From NCBI RefSeq assembly GCF_001194135.2, contig NC_068981.1, positions 55,673,471 to 55,737,470 on the forward strand: a stretch of DNA of 64,000 nt, written 5' to 3'. The translations under genes and the position numbers were made by a program. The stretch comes from Octopus bimaculoides (lineage: Eukaryota). The notes beneath the pieces were generated by a model. The model saw only the letters and a program-made list of their open reading frames with translations, searched no databases and was not told the DNA's origin. Each line of letters starts with the position of its first letter. Positions within the stretch are counted from its first letter, which is position 1. Shown piece after piece: positions 12,620 through 26,226 of the stretch.

Positions 12620-12686
12620 TTTGATTAGACTTTTGACTACTTCACTACATCTCATTGTTTCACCTAACTACATTACTATGTAAGTA
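12620..12686 (+). promoter_or_regulatory. 3' end of predicted non-coding exon 1 of ZF2 with splice donor (exon ends 12679, GT at 12680)
   Basis: ctacattactat|gtaagtatcattaatatattttag, homologous to the donors at 39202, 51144 and 59082. Confidence 0.7.
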
Positions 12687-13674
12687 TCATTAATATATTT
12701 TAGATATTTCTCAAAATTGTTCTTTTGTATTTACATTTTTATTTTATTTACATTCCTGCTCTTTGTCAAAATCTGTTTTGCTTTATCAATTTTCTTCTCT
12801 AATTTCTCCCTTCGTAGTTAACCTGATTTTCAGTAATAATTTTACTCTTATTCTACGTTTTTATTCTGTTATTACATCAACGACGTTTGTTTTTAACTGT
12901 CCACTCATTTTCATAAACATACATCAGACATATTATGTTACTATATTTTGTAAGAAATAAAGCGGAGTGGTTTGTGTACTTGGTTTATCAATTGTTGGCA
13001 GCAAAGATTCTGAACTATTACGAGATTTAAAGAATGTTTCAACAGAAATGATTTTCAGTTTTAATGAATATTTTGATATTCTTTTAAGTTGGTGGAATTT
13101 TAAACAACGTTTGGGCTATTTTCTATTTTATAGTGCGATTCGACCGGAAGTAAAATTTGGCAACAGCAGTTTAAAAAGTGAAAAATTAAAAACAACTTTG
13201 AAATGCATATAGTTTATGAGACATAACATACAAATACGTAATTTACATCTCTGTCTCTCATCCATATACAAATATAAACAATAAAGATATCACTTGTGTG
13301 CGTGTGTATAAAGCCATTCTAACTGAACTTTTAATAAATATTCGTGTTAATTTGAAAGCATAGTTTTTATCATGTGTATTTTGGTTTTAGAATAGATATC
13401 CTGCATATCGTAAGAGACCCTAAAACAGTATTGCAGAAGTAAATCTACTCGGTGTAGATATGTACTTCTGAGAAAGATGACAATTTTTACGTTTTAGTAA
13501 TGTTCTGCAAAGCTTCATATAGTTACTAGTCTTTTCTGAGCATTTTAATTCTAAAATCCACATTCATTTCTACTATATCTTTATATCGGTGTGTATTTTC
13601 ACTATATATTCTGATTCTCTTTGGTTGTTTTAATGTTCAGTTTTTCTTCTGTCCAATAATCATGTAACCCCTTT

Positions 13675-13705
13675 TTGTTTGTCTTATATTTCAGGTTATC
13701 AGATG
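13675..13705 (+). promoter_or_regulatory. Predicted splice acceptor of ZF2 (AG 13693-13694; exon 2 starts 13695)
   Basis: Pyrimidine tract plus tttcag|GTTATCAGATG; the same exon start is found upstream of ZF3/5/6/7. Confidence 0.75.
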
Positions 13706-14081
13706 ATAATGAGAAAGATACTTCATTGAAGAATATCAACGTAATTATCAACTTTACATGACTAAAAATAACTTTATCAAGCTAATGTCTGCCCGTTTTT
13801 ATAAGTTGAATTAAAGTGAAGTATTTGTTTGATTGCAATTATATGCAAGAGTTGCCACACAAATGTTAACTGGAAGATTTACCCTGAAGCTTTAACTGTC
13901 TTATTTGAAAGGACTTTGATATCTGGATATATCTTAACTGAAACTAATGATCCTTAGCTGCTGATTATTAAGCACAAGATACCATCTTAATAAATCAATT
14001 TGAAGGTCTTTCTGAAGAAACAAAATATCAGCTGATTTTTAACGAAGGCCATCATACAGGAAAATATAGATTAAGAAAATT

Positions 14082-15416
14082 ATGGATGAGAAAACAGAGT
14101 CTAAAAATGATGATTCATCAAATGAGACACATGAAAATACAGAAGTGAATTTGTATGCTTGTGATATATGTGGGAAGTTATTCACTACAAGTAATTTATT
14201 ATCTTCCCATAAATGTATTCACACAGGTAAAAAACAGTATCACTGTGATGTTTGTGGCAGGGCATTCTCTCAGAGTGGCAGTTTAAATTCCCACAGGCGT
14301 ACTCACACGGGAGAAAAACCATATCACTGTGATGTATGTGGTAAAAATTTTACTCGGAAGGATAATTTAACTACCCACAGACGTATTCACACAGGGGAGA
14401 AGCCATACCATTGTAATGAGTGCGGTAAGGCATTTTCTGAGCTTGGTAATTTAGTTTGCCATAGACGTATTCACACAGGAGAGAAACCATACCACTGTGA
14501 TGTCTGTGGTAAAGGATTTGCTGAACCTGGTAATTTAGTTACCCACAAACGTGTTCACACAGGAGAGAAACCATATCATTGTGATATCTGTGGTAAATCA
14601 TATTCTGGACGTTCTAATTTATCTACCCACAAACGTATTCACACAGGAGTGAAGCCTTACAAATGTGATATCTGTGATGAAACATTTTCTTCAAGAGGTC
14701 GTTTGTCTTGCCATATACGCATTCACACAGGAGAACGTCCATACCATTGTGATATCTGTGATAAAACATTCTCTCAAAGTGGTCATTTCTCTCGACACAA
14801 ACGTATTCACACAGGAGAGACCCCATATCACTGTGATATCTGTGGTAAAACATTCTCTGAAAGTGGTCATTTTTCTCGACACAAACGTATTCACACAGGA
14901 GAAAAACCATACCAATGCGATATCTGTAGTGAGACATTTTCTAGAAGTGATAATTTAACTCAACACAAACGTATTCACACAGACGAGAAACCATATCATT
15001 GTGATGTCTGTGGCAAAACATTCTCTGAGACTGGTAATTTAGCTTCCCACAAATGTATTCAGATAGGAAAGAAACCATACCACTGTGATAGCTGTGGTAA
15101 AACATTTTCTCGAAGTGCTGATTTGTCTACCCACAAACGTATTCATACAACAGAGAAAACATATGAATGTGATATCTGTGAGCAAACATTTTCTACAATG
15201 GGTCTTTTATCATGCCACTTGCGTATTCACACAGGATTTAAGCCATACCACTGTGATATCTGTGATAAAACATTCTCTCAAAGTGGTCATTTCTCTCGAC
15301 ACAAACGTATTCACACAGGAGAAAGGCCTTACCACTGTAATATATGTAGTGAAACATTTGCTAGAAGGGATAATTTAACTAAACACAAACGTATCCACAC
15401 AGAAGAGAAACCTTAG
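14082..15416 (+). CDS. ZF2: poly-C2H2 zinc-finger protein, 444 aa, 15 fingers (one lacking the final His: HKCIQ)
   Basis: Intact ORF of 28-aa repeats with HTGEKPY linkers; short acidic leader ending NTEV. Confidence 0.93.
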   Translation: MDEKTESKNDDSSNETHENTEVNLYACDICGKLFTTSNLLSSHKCIHTGKKQYHCDVCGRAFSQSGSLNSHRRTHTGEKPYHCDVCGKNFTRKDNLTTHRRIHTGEKPYHCNECGKAFSELGNLVCHRRIHTGEKPYHCDVCGKGFAEPGNLVTHKRVHTGEKPYHCDICGKSYSGRSNLSTHKRIHTGVKPYKCDICDETFSSRGRLSCHIRIHTGERPYHCDICDKTFSQSGHFSRHKRIHTGETPYHCDICGKTFSESGHFSRHKRIHTGEKPYQCDICSETFSRSDNLTQHKRIHTDEKPYHCDVCGKTFSETGNLASHKCIQIGKKPYHCDSCGKTFSRSADLSTHKRIHTTEKTYECDICEQTFSTMGLLSCHLRIHTGFKPYHCDICDKTFSQSGHFSRHKRIHTGERPYHCNICSETFARRDNLTKHKRIHTEEKP

Positions 15417-18044
15417 CTATGGGATATCTGCTGTCAAATATTTTTCGTACAAGTAGAAATTTGTTTTATGAATTGGATTTTACCAATGCAACTTTTACTA
15501 TTCATTATTCTATGCTGACAGTCTTTCTTTTATCATATTACATCTATTCTTTTCACTGAGTATTTAGCTAACCAAGCATTTCATTATTCTACAGTTTGCT
15601 ATGCCTGCAGATCTAGAGCATCTGTAGTACAAGACCTCCTTTAGCATGTCAAGATTCCTACATCCTTGGTCAATCTTTCTTTGTACATCATATTAAACTT
15701 CTGCCTGTGTCTTACTGTCATTTCCTAATTTGTGCAGAGTGTTTTTACTTTTTGTTGTAAAAGCATTTTCAGAATAACAAATATAGTAATTTGTTTATAA
15801 CTGAAAATATGTCTTCCAGTTATATCATGAGAAATATATCACTTGTTCTGTCTTAACACAAACTATCTTATTTGAGCTAACATTACTTATACTGACTTTA
15901 CTAAAAAAAAAAATCTCACCTATTTTACTAGATTCTGTCATTTACCTCTATTGTATTCTTTTTTCTGTACCTTTGTTATAATTGATGATACAGTACATTA
16001 TGGAATAAATTACTCTGTACTATCTAATTAACTGTGTATCTAACAGAGCAACACTAAATCTTGATGCTATCTGTATCTCTGATAGACCTGGTACTTTTCT
16101 TACCTTTATCATTTTATTAGGCTTATTTCTAACACTGAGGCCAAACTTGATCTCTGGGCCATTTACTGATTCCACTTGGAGTAGTTTCTCATCATCCAAC
16201 TCTTCTCTTTCAACTACCACACATAACATTTCCATTCCTCTTGTCACTGTTATTGAAAATAAGTACACCAGTATCCTCTCCATTGACATTCTGGCTTATA
16301 TGAACAGATTAGGCATTTGGGCTGTTTTTATAAATTAGTGAGCAGTACAAAAAATGTTTCTATGGCCTTTAAGGTTTCAGTCTTATATCTCACCAATAAT
16401 TGGTAAGAATGATATGGTTCCTGTTGTAGTCCAGTATTCGACAGAAATGTATGCATATGAGCAGAATTCCTCAAAGGGTGTATTTCTGGAGCAGAAGACG
16501 AGCAAAGTGCAAGATGTGACTTGTAACTTCCCCCAACCCCTCAAAATAGGTTGTTATATTTGTATTAGAAGAGGCAGAGAGAAGCAACTGCTCATTTGTG
16601 TTGTGTGTTGGTGAGTGAATCAGTGTTTTAGATGTGATCTAGGATGATTGTGTGTGTGTACAGCAGCGGTACATCAGAGTGGCTTTTACTTGAGCTCTGT
16701 GTAGGTCCTAAAGAAGAGTCCTAGTGTCTGTGATGCTAAATAAGCAAGATTGTTATGATTGATCATTAGAAATTATGATAGCACTTCGGACTTAAGTTTT
16801 TAGTTTTGCCTTGTTCATGATTAAATCAGAGATACTAAACTGTTCTTTTGATATATATAATGACTCTGTGTCATTGAATGCAAATGGGCTAGGTCCTACA
16901 TAGCTGCAATCCTTAAGCTTCCGGGCATTGAATCTCCAAATAGTAATTTATTTCCAAATTTTCCTTGACTCCAATATGAAACTGCTAACCTTAACATACA
17001 CTCCTCTCACTCTCTAGTAAGGACAAAATCAATCTCTACTTCATACTTAGCCGACAAGCATGTTGACTAGATGGCTTTCTGAAATTCGTGTTGCAAGTGT
17101 TAAGATAATGTGTATCAGAGAAATCTAGGCATTTTAATTGTTCTTTATTTCTTGTACCATTTTCATAACCTCTATATTACCTGTGTATCCTGACATGACC
17201 ATTAAAATCACCCACTATAAAGATATTAATTCTTCAGTATCTTTAACAAGAACCTTATAAAACCTGTCCTTTTATCTTGTGATACAAAAGCAGAGATTGT
17301 AAATGTTTCAGTGTTGTAAAAGATTTACTTGAAATATTCATATTATGTTATAGGTATGTATGTTCTTGGAAGAAATGATATATGTGATATTTTCTTGAAA
17401 TGTGAGCATAAACCAACATCCATATTATAACACAAAATGATATTTAAATAAAGGTTCAACAGAATTCCAGTAGATAGCAATGTACCTGCCAGAACTTTTG
17501 GAGAAGCTAATTCACGCAATTTGTGTAACTGTCACTATGAGAAAATATAGAAAATGAAATCTCAAAATAAAATAAAATGTTGTCATTATTTTGGGTTTTC
17601 TAAAGTATTTTTCATTTGTTTTAAACATTGTGTATTTATTGATGTTATGGTCAGCAATAAAATTCGTTTAAAGAGAATGTTTTTAGTAGTTAAATTTGCT
17701 TCTATATTTTGCTGAAGAAAATATTTTTCATTAGTGTACATTGAGTATATATGTACAACTATAGTTTATTAAGGAGAGACTTATTTCACATTCACAAGAA
17801 ATTATATATTTATCATCAGTGCAACAATGTTTGAAGTACATCTTTTTCAAATTTATCTTTACCAACCTTGAAGCTTTAAGGTATGTTCCATTTGTTGATA
17901 AAGACTAAATACTGAATAATGTGAAATGATAATCTATGATGGTTACAACATAAAAGTTTAATGTGAGCTGGTGTCTTTTCATTTGAAACTGGTAATTGAA
18001 ATAAATGTCCTTTAGAATGGAAATGAATGTTGTAAAAACATGTA

Positions 18045-18420
18045 AGAAGTTTGTTTCCCAACCACATGGTTGGTTTTGTCTCACTGCATGGCACATTCAC
18101 TTTAGGCAAATTTCTACTATAGCCCTGAGCTAATCAAAGCTTTGAGAGTGGATTTGGTAGATGGAAACTAAAAGAAACCTGTCATTTATGTGTGTGTTAC
18201 TGTCTCCTTGCCTTCACATTGCATTATAGGTATAAATGAGTGTCATTGTTATGGAAACAGTGTCCTTCATTACCAAACTTTTGTGAAGACGTATGGTCAT
18301 GGGCAAATATTACCTTGGAAACACTTAAGGGTTGGCAACAGGAAGGGCATCCAACTGTAGAAAATATGACCCATACAGGTATGAAAAAATGTGTTAAAAT
18401 GATGATAATTGTGGTCATCA
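18045..18420 (+). mobile_element. CORE-type SINE variant carrying an RTE-like 3' tail
   Basis: 5' part matches the CORE SINE; 3' part ggttggcaacaggaagggcatccaactgtagaaa…gttaaaatgatgat matches RTE tails. Confidence 0.7.
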
Positions 18421-18599
18421 AAATGTGTTATTAACTTATTTATATAGTATTAATGAAAATAATCACTGAAACAACTGGAAGTGTGGCTGTACAGAAAGAA
18501 GTCACAGACAAAGCATAAAGTATCAATATATTTGTTAATGATGAGTAAATCTTTAATATTTACATTAAAAAAATTATTTTAGACCATAACATCTATAAA

Positions 18600-19760
18600 T
18601 TTACTTGCAATTACATAAAAAATAGCCAATGTCAAAGAAGAGCACTTCCAGACCTTGCAATTTCTTGAATGGACCACAAAGATTCATCCTCTTCTATCTT
18701 CTGTCAGCTTCATCTTCTCATACCACCACAAATCATACAGGCAATCTGATTTACAAATAGCATCCCACTATTCTCCAGAAACTGCTTCACAGGAACTCTA
18801 GTCCTACATTAATCACCTGGCTCCAAAACAAAAGGAACTAATACCCATCAAATCTATTGTCATCTGATGAGCCAAGTGAGTCTCTACTCAACCATCCTGC
18901 ATAGAAACCAAGTTTTCCTCAAATAATACCCTATCATCTTATAATAGGACACATTGGATAATGTGATCCTGGGCTCCCTATACCTAGGAAAAAAGACCAG
19001 GTGACCACAACTGGAACACCTTTGATGAAATGTCTGCTCAATCAGGATTGATACTGGGTTAAACAACAGTAATTCATTCCCTTCTTTCAATCAACACTAG
19101 AAAAGTAAAAGTTATATACAATACCTCCACTACATTCCCAGCATACATCAAAGACAGTAGATAAAGCAACTACAGAGGTCATATTTGTCCAATAGAAACA
19201 AATGACAATCATGATGTATGAATAATGCATTAAACCCATCATGAACTCTGTTAGTCTTGCTTCGGAGCCATCTCTCTACAATAAATACAACAGATGTGTG
19301 AATTATATATAATTGTAAATAATTCACATAGACAACGAAGCGAAAATTCTAAAATTGAAAGATCCCTGGACATGTGAGGAGTACAGTTGCCACAACTACT
19401 TTTAAGTCTCCCAATCCACACCTCTGAATGAAAATACCATCAGTATAGTCCAAACAACCTTTATATCAGATTCAGAATTCATCCAAAGCTAGGACCATAT
19501 GCCATACACCCCCTACACAATTCAGGCTCACAACAAATAAATTCACTGCAACATAAATTTCTTTTCCTCAACAGGCCCAGCTCTATTTAACGTTATCCCA
19601 AAAGAAATCAAAGAAAAAGATTGCATCACTTTCAAATGAAACCTGAACAAATTTCTTCAAGGGACACCACACTACACCAGCTACTTATACCTGGATATAT
19701 CTCAGTCAACAACAGCTCCCTACTTGAATGAGCCATATCACAAAACTGAACTTAAAAATG
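18600..19760 (+). mobile_element. Highly decayed CR1/L2-group LINE 3' portion
   Basis: ~19560-19670 translates FSSTGPALFNVIPKEIKEKDCITFK*NLNKFLQ, a typical CR1/L2 ORF2 C-terminus; the 5' boundary is uncertain. Confidence 0.6.
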
Positions 19761-21569
19761 ACTTAACAGATCCTATCAGGTGATGCTGTTAAGTTAGACA
19801 TGGCCTGGTTCAGTATTTAGCCAAAACATATCTAAATTATATAAGTTAAACAACTTTCAAACAACAAGACATATAACACATCAGATCACTACAAAAATAT
19901 CTTCCTTACTCAACTTAGACAAGCACAAAATAATTACCTGTAACAATAATAACTTCATTGGCCTCATACATAATGCTGGAATGCACACTATCAACAATAA
20001 GTGTTGGAGAACTTGCTTCCTTATTGAGTGCACCTTGGCAGTCTTTGTTGTGGATACTATCAGAATCTATAGGCATAGAAATGAGCTGGACATTTGAAGA
20101 ATACAGGTCTGAACTGTCACATTGCACCTCATATAATTCAGTACTACATATCAGATCATGCAGTATGATTCTTGGTAACTAGTCACATGATATAACTGTC
20201 ACTTGTTATTGTTCAGTTGACTACGTGTGTCATGAGGTTACTTTGTCAATGGTGTTAACTATAATCAAAGGTGTTCTTTCTCATCTTAATGAAATTTTCA
20301 AGCAATTTCACTAACAGGCTAAGCAATCATATTGAGGCTACTTTGGTGGAACTGCATATTTATGCATGAGTTCTGGCAGCAGATAATCATGATGTTACCT
20401 GCAAAAGAAGTTATTGAATACATGGGATGGAGATGACAGTCCTATGTGTTTAGGATGAAAGCAATCTTTCATTAAATCATAAAATATCCAGAATGTTTAT
20501 AGCTCTCCTGTGACACAATACAAATATCAAATTCAGAAATATAATCGTAACGTTAATAAAAGCTTTTTCAATGCGACTGATATTTTACCAGAATCTATCT
20601 ACAACACTCATGTTACTTTTCTATATTAAAGTGACAGTTGTATTAGAATAAAGATGATATTAATGGAAAATTTGTCTTACCAATAGCCTTAGCTTGAGAG
20701 AAAAAACAAGAAAGATAGCTGGAAATAGAGATTTAAGGATTCATGAATCAAACTATACTCACGATTTGGGTTTGGCTTTCAATATCATGAGGTGAGTCTT
20801 CAATACTTATACCATTTCTTTCTAGCATTAAAAAATTCACTGCTTCAAGGCCCATGTCTTGTGATCATAAATCATTACAGTTTGTATACAAGCATCATAC
20901 AGTCTACTCTTCACTCTGAAAATCTGTTACCAGCAGAGCTTCCTGAACTTCTTCCAGCTCATTCTTACTCCGATAACACCCACCCATCACTGCTAAGTAT
21001 TTGTAGGTGTACAGTGTATCTTTATTTGACTGTCTGTGATCCTACTTCACCTCTTTTGCATCCATAGTTTATACAAAGTACACTGCATGGAATTTCTACC
21101 TATATTTCTTCTGCATATCAAACATGGCCATTTCCCTGATTCTAGTAGTGCCATGTATTCTTTCTTATTAAAACTTTAATCTTTGTTAAATTTATTTCAT
21201 GCCCCTCAATTTCAGATTTTGCTCAATGCCTGGAATTTTTTTGCTGCTCCCTTTTAACCAGTCTTTTATGGCCCTGCTTGCATCATGTATCATCCACAAA
21301 TCTAGTCAGTACCCCTCAGTAGATTGTTTTGTAGAAACTTCCAGTTAATCACTATCCTTCCTACATCTGTCATAAGTATCCACTACAATGTCTCTGAATC
21401 TGTGACCAACTAAACGTTTTTTCAGTTTTTGTATCTTCCTTCTCCTAATGGCCTTTTTCCTCCGTGTCTGTCTAGTTCTCACACAGATGTTGCTAATTTA
21501 TGTTGAATGGAACATTCTTCAGCGGGGAAAGGATTAGTATTAACATCTGCCTATTTTCTCTCCTGGAGG

Positions 21570-21830
21570 AGATAAAATCTATCTGGTCAGTGAGTTCATG
21601 TGATTGGTAAGTGATCAAGTGGCTGGCTGGTTTTCTGAAGTTTGTATAGGAGATAGATTATCAACTATCTCCAGAAGCCTTGATTCTTCATTTCCTGTAC
21701 TATACCCACCCATAACCTCTATGTATACCAAAGAACCATCATGGGGTTGCCTAACATGTCCATTAAAATCAGCAGCTATGATAATGATGTCACTATCATT
21801 TGTTGTTGAGGTAGTTAACAGGAAATCCCT
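21570..21830 (-). mobile_element. Decayed RTE APE-domain fragment
   Basis: Minus-strand translation contains IIIIAADFNGHV…GGYSTGNEESRLLE. Confidence 0.7.
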
Positions 21831-22687
21831 ATAAAATTAATTCTATTCATACACCAATCCTGTTTGTGACACATATACAACAATAACTGTCATAGTTGTT
21901 TTGTCTATGACTAAATTAATTATTCTGGGGATGTATTCTATCTGAATTTCTGAGATAATGAGCTATCATTATTACTTGCAAACATTTGAATTTGTGTCAC
22001 AGTTAAAATGTTTCAGTTTTTGTACATTCCAGTTCATGCCCCTATGTCTCTTAGTCTTTCAAATGCTGTAGGTGCTAATGAGGTCTATCTTTATGTATTT
22101 CTGATTTGTTTGCTACAACACTCAAGAATTACAGATTCTATAGGCCATGAAAATAAATGTGAAGTGCAAGATTTTGTTATGTACAAGGAACTTATCACAT
22201 GGGTATAGAATGTATGCATATAGGATGGTCTCTTCCATTATTTTGATGTATGAGTATCTGGCTGTCCAATCAAATGGGTAATTTACTTGTAGAATAAACA
22301 AGTAGCTAAGTATTCCAGACACATGTCCTTCTCATAATTCACATGTGGAATCAACGTAACACTTTGTGATAAAGCTGGACTTTTGAATTATAAGTACAAT
22401 CCAAAAGGCTTCTACAGACTCCATCTACAAAATTGATTCACAAGGCTTGGGTCAATCCTAGGCTATGGTAAAGGTACTTGCTCATCATGCCATGCAGTAA
22501 GCTTGGACTCAGGACCTCATGGTTTTGTGTGAATACATGTATTTGCTAAATTTTTTAAACAACTACTCAATACTGATGTAGAATGCAAGTATTTATTTAT
22601 AGCACTGAGGAAACTCTGTTGCTGGTTTTCATACATATCTTTAGTCTTATCCAATGGAACAAAAATGTTCTTAGAATTTTTAAGTAC

Positions 22688-23078
22688 ATGTGTGACTCTG
22701 TGGTAAGAAGCTTGATTCCCAAACACATGGTTCCAGGCTCAGTCCCAGTGTGTGGCACCTTGGGCAAGTATATTCTACTATAGCCTTGCGCTGACCAAAG
22801 CCTTGTGAGTGGATTTGGTAGACGGAAACTGAAAGAAGCTCGTGTATATGTATATATCTATGTGTGTGTGTGTCTTTGTTTGTCCACACACCATCACAGT
22901 TTGACAACCAGTGTTGGTTTGTTTACGTCCCCATAACTTAGCAGTTCAGCAAAAGATATTGATAGAATAAATACTAGGCGTAAGAAATAAGTCCTGGGGT
23001 TAATTTGTTCAGCTAAAAACCCTTCAAGGCGGAGCTTCAGCATGGCCACAGTCAAATGACTGAAACAAGTAAAAGAAT
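22688..23078 (+). mobile_element. Full-length tRNA-derived CORE-type SINE
   Basis: A/B-box-like head (tgtggtaagaag…ggttccaggctcagtccc), CORE-like ggcaccttgggcaagt, internal (TA)(TG)n, tail caaatgactgaaacaagtaaaag. Confidence 0.88.
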
Positions 23079-23589
23079 ATTGTTCTTAATTTTTCATTGC
23101 AACTCTTTTTTTAATAACCTCTTTATTAAGCCGAAAAGATGAGCTAATAGTTAGTTCAATAATTTGATGCAAGGGAGAAATTTACAGGAACTAAAACTAT
23201 ATTTATCTATCAGAGATAGTTGATGCTGTCATTATTGAAAAATAGTACCTTCTGTTTCCTGGATGAGATATTTCAAATACATTTTATTTATCAGGGTAGC
23301 TATATTTTTCTTTGAAAATTTTGTGTTATTTCCTGGTTTAGTTGGCTGCCAAGATGATCCAACAATTCATGAAGCAGTATAATAAATTAAAAACAAAACT
23401 ACATGAATGTGTATACAATTAAGCATAATAGTACTCAACATGATGTAGAGGTGACTAAGAAATCTTCCAAGTTGTCAATTATAGTCTCCTGATAAAAGCA
23501 TCAACAAAGTTGTTTTAGATTGACTATTCTACCCTATTACCATCATTGTTCTCTCAACATTCATTTTCTTCTATGCTTGTATAGGTGGG

Positions 23590-23925
23590 ACAGAATTTGT
23601 TGAGGCAGATTTCCTTCAAGATGCTCTTTCTGTCACTGATCCTTACCTGTTTCCAAGTAAGGCAATGTTTTCCCATGGCCAGGCATGCTTTCAAAGAATA
23701 TTGAAAATGAACAACACTCATTTACAACTGTCATGCAATGTCAAGACAAGGAACACATACATGATTATACATGACAGGCTTCTTTCAGTTTCCAACTGCC
23801 AAAACCCTTTATGATGAGTCAGTTAGGGGCCATAGTATAAGACACTTGCCTAAAATGCTTTAAAGATGGACTGAACCTGAAACCACATGATTGGGAAGCA
23901 AACTTTTTAATCATACAGCCATGCT
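23590..23925 (-). mobile_element. CORE-type SINE variant, degenerate
   Basis: Reverse-strand head (…gaaaccacatgattgggaagcaaactt…) and agacacttgcc core. Confidence 0.65.
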
Positions 23926-24154
23926 TATCACAAAAATTAAAACCAAATCTTAAAAGAATAAAATAAAAAAAAAACAAACACCATTATTTATTTTTATGTT
24001 TTATTATGATTTTTTTTTGTTCATGCCAAATCATAAATATAACACTACTGGCATTTTCCTCAGGCCATCTGATGGCAGAAATGGTAAAACAGAGCAACAG
24101 CTCAAGAGATTTCAGCTTTAAATAAATTTTATCCTAATCTGCATGACCTTACCA

Positions 24155-25090
24155 TATCATCATCATTTAACATCTGTTGTTCATGCTGGCATGGTTTGAC
24201 CAGGGCTGGCAAGCTGGAAGGCTGCACCAGACACCAGTCTGATTTGGCATGGTTTTCTACGGCTGGATGCCCTTCTTAATGTCAACCACCCTGAGAGTGT
24301 AATGGGTACTTTTACATGCCACTGGCACAAGTGCTAGTTGTGTGACACTAGTATCTGCCACGTCTATGTTTCCACTTAACTTGATGGGTTTTCTTCTCAA
24401 ACATGGCATAATGTCAAAAGTCTTGGTCATTAGCTCCGTGAAGCCCAACACTTGAAAGGTGCTTTTCACATGCCACTAGCATTGGCTACAATGCATCCAT
24501 GAGGCCCAATACTTGAAAGGTGCTTGTTAAATGAAACCAGAATTGGCCATGACTATGATTTCATATGGCTTGACAGGTCTTCTCAAGGATGGTATATCTG
24601 TGAGGCTCAACATTTGAAGATCATGCTTCACTGCCTCATCCCATGTCTTCCTGGGTCTACCTCTAGCACAGGTTCCCTCCACAGTCAGAGTTAGACACTT
24701 CTTTACACAGCTGTCCTTGTCCATATGCATCACATGACCATACCAGTGCAGCTGTCTCTCTTGCACTCCACATTTGATGCCTCTTATGCCCAGCTTTTCT
24801 CTCAAGACACTTATACTGTCATATATGCACATCCAGTGAAGCATACTAGCTTCATTTCTTTCAAGCCTATGCATATCCTTGGCTGTCACAGCCCATGTTT
24901 CACTGCTGTGTAGCATAGCTGTTTGTGCACAGGCATCATACAGTCTGCCTTTCACTCTGAGGGAGAGGCACTTTGTTGCCAACAGAGGCAGGATCTCTGA
25001 ATTTTGCCCAGCCTATTCTTATTCTCACAGCATCCATCTCTGCAACTGACTTGGTCACTTAGATAACGGAAGCTATCTACTACCTCTAGC
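24155..25090 (-). mobile_element. RTE LINE 3' fragment
   Basis: ORF 24527-24982 (LHSSETWAVT, QLHWYGHV, RGRPRKTW) plus (GAT)n tail. Confidence 0.88.
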
Positions 25091-25671
25091 TTACCCCGCT
25101 GGCAGTTGGTGGAGTGTATTATAAAATATTTTTCATATTTTATGTTCTGTCCATGACAACCTCAACATCCTTCTGTATATCCACATTCCTAATGCTTCAA
25201 TGATGTTAGTGGTTACTTTAGTTTATGTCCATATTCTTGTTCCTCATAGGCAAGTTAACCACAGATTGCATTCTAAATCAGCAAAATTATAATACTTGAT
25301 GTTTTCCTACATATTTTCCAACACTGTCATTCTCATTGTATTTCATCATCCAGATGTTGCATGTAACCTAGTTCTTTATTGCAAACAATTCCAAAATCAA
25401 AGTACTAGGAGTATGAAATATCAGTAACATCCAGGAAGAGGCTTGCTCCATAAAAGAAGTAAGCATGAATTTGATAGCTGGCAGAAAGAAAGGTGCAGAA
25501 AGGCTATAAAAGTAGGGTATTCAGATGGTTGCAAACATGATTTATGGGATATTATATACATTGTCAGTATACAATAATAGACAATAAAACACTGATGATG
25601 ACAATTGTGTTAAAATCTACATCATCAAATATATGGTGATTTGTAGAAAATATTTGATCACAGATATACAG

Positions 25672-26050
25672 GCACAAACATGGTTGTATGGTTAAGAAGT
25701 TTGCTTTGAAACCATGCAATTTAGTGTCCGTTTCCATATCATGGGCATTGTTAACTCATGCCTTGTGGGTGAAATTTGGGAGATGGAAACTATACTCAAG
25801 AAGACCCATCTGCCACAGCAGAATTGATACCAGTACTGGTATCATGTTAAAAGCACTGGGCTGGTATCGTATAAAAAGAACCCAGTAAGCTCTGTGCATG
25901 TGCAGTGGTTGGTGTTAGGAAAGGCATCCAGTCATAGAAACCATGCCAGAACAGACAATGGAGCCTGATGCAGCCCCTGGCCTTATCAGCCCTGGTCAAA
26001 CCATCCAACCCATGCTAGCATGGAAAACTGATGTTAAATGATGATGATTA
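25672..26050 (+). mobile_element. CORE-SINE head followed by RTE-type 3' tail
   Basis: Head at 25672-25810; gtggttggtgttaggaaaggcatcc…gttaaatgatgatga at 25905-26050. Confidence 0.65.
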
Positions 26051-26226
26051 TGATATATATATGAGCATACATGTGTGTATTAATGTGTTGTTTGAAGTAC
26101 TAGAAGAACATAATATTACCTTATTAGGAAACAGGTGAAGACTGGTGACAGGCAAAGCATATAACTCAGGTTTCATCTGACCTATGCAAACATGGATAAG
26201 TGGATGTAATGACAATGACTACATAG

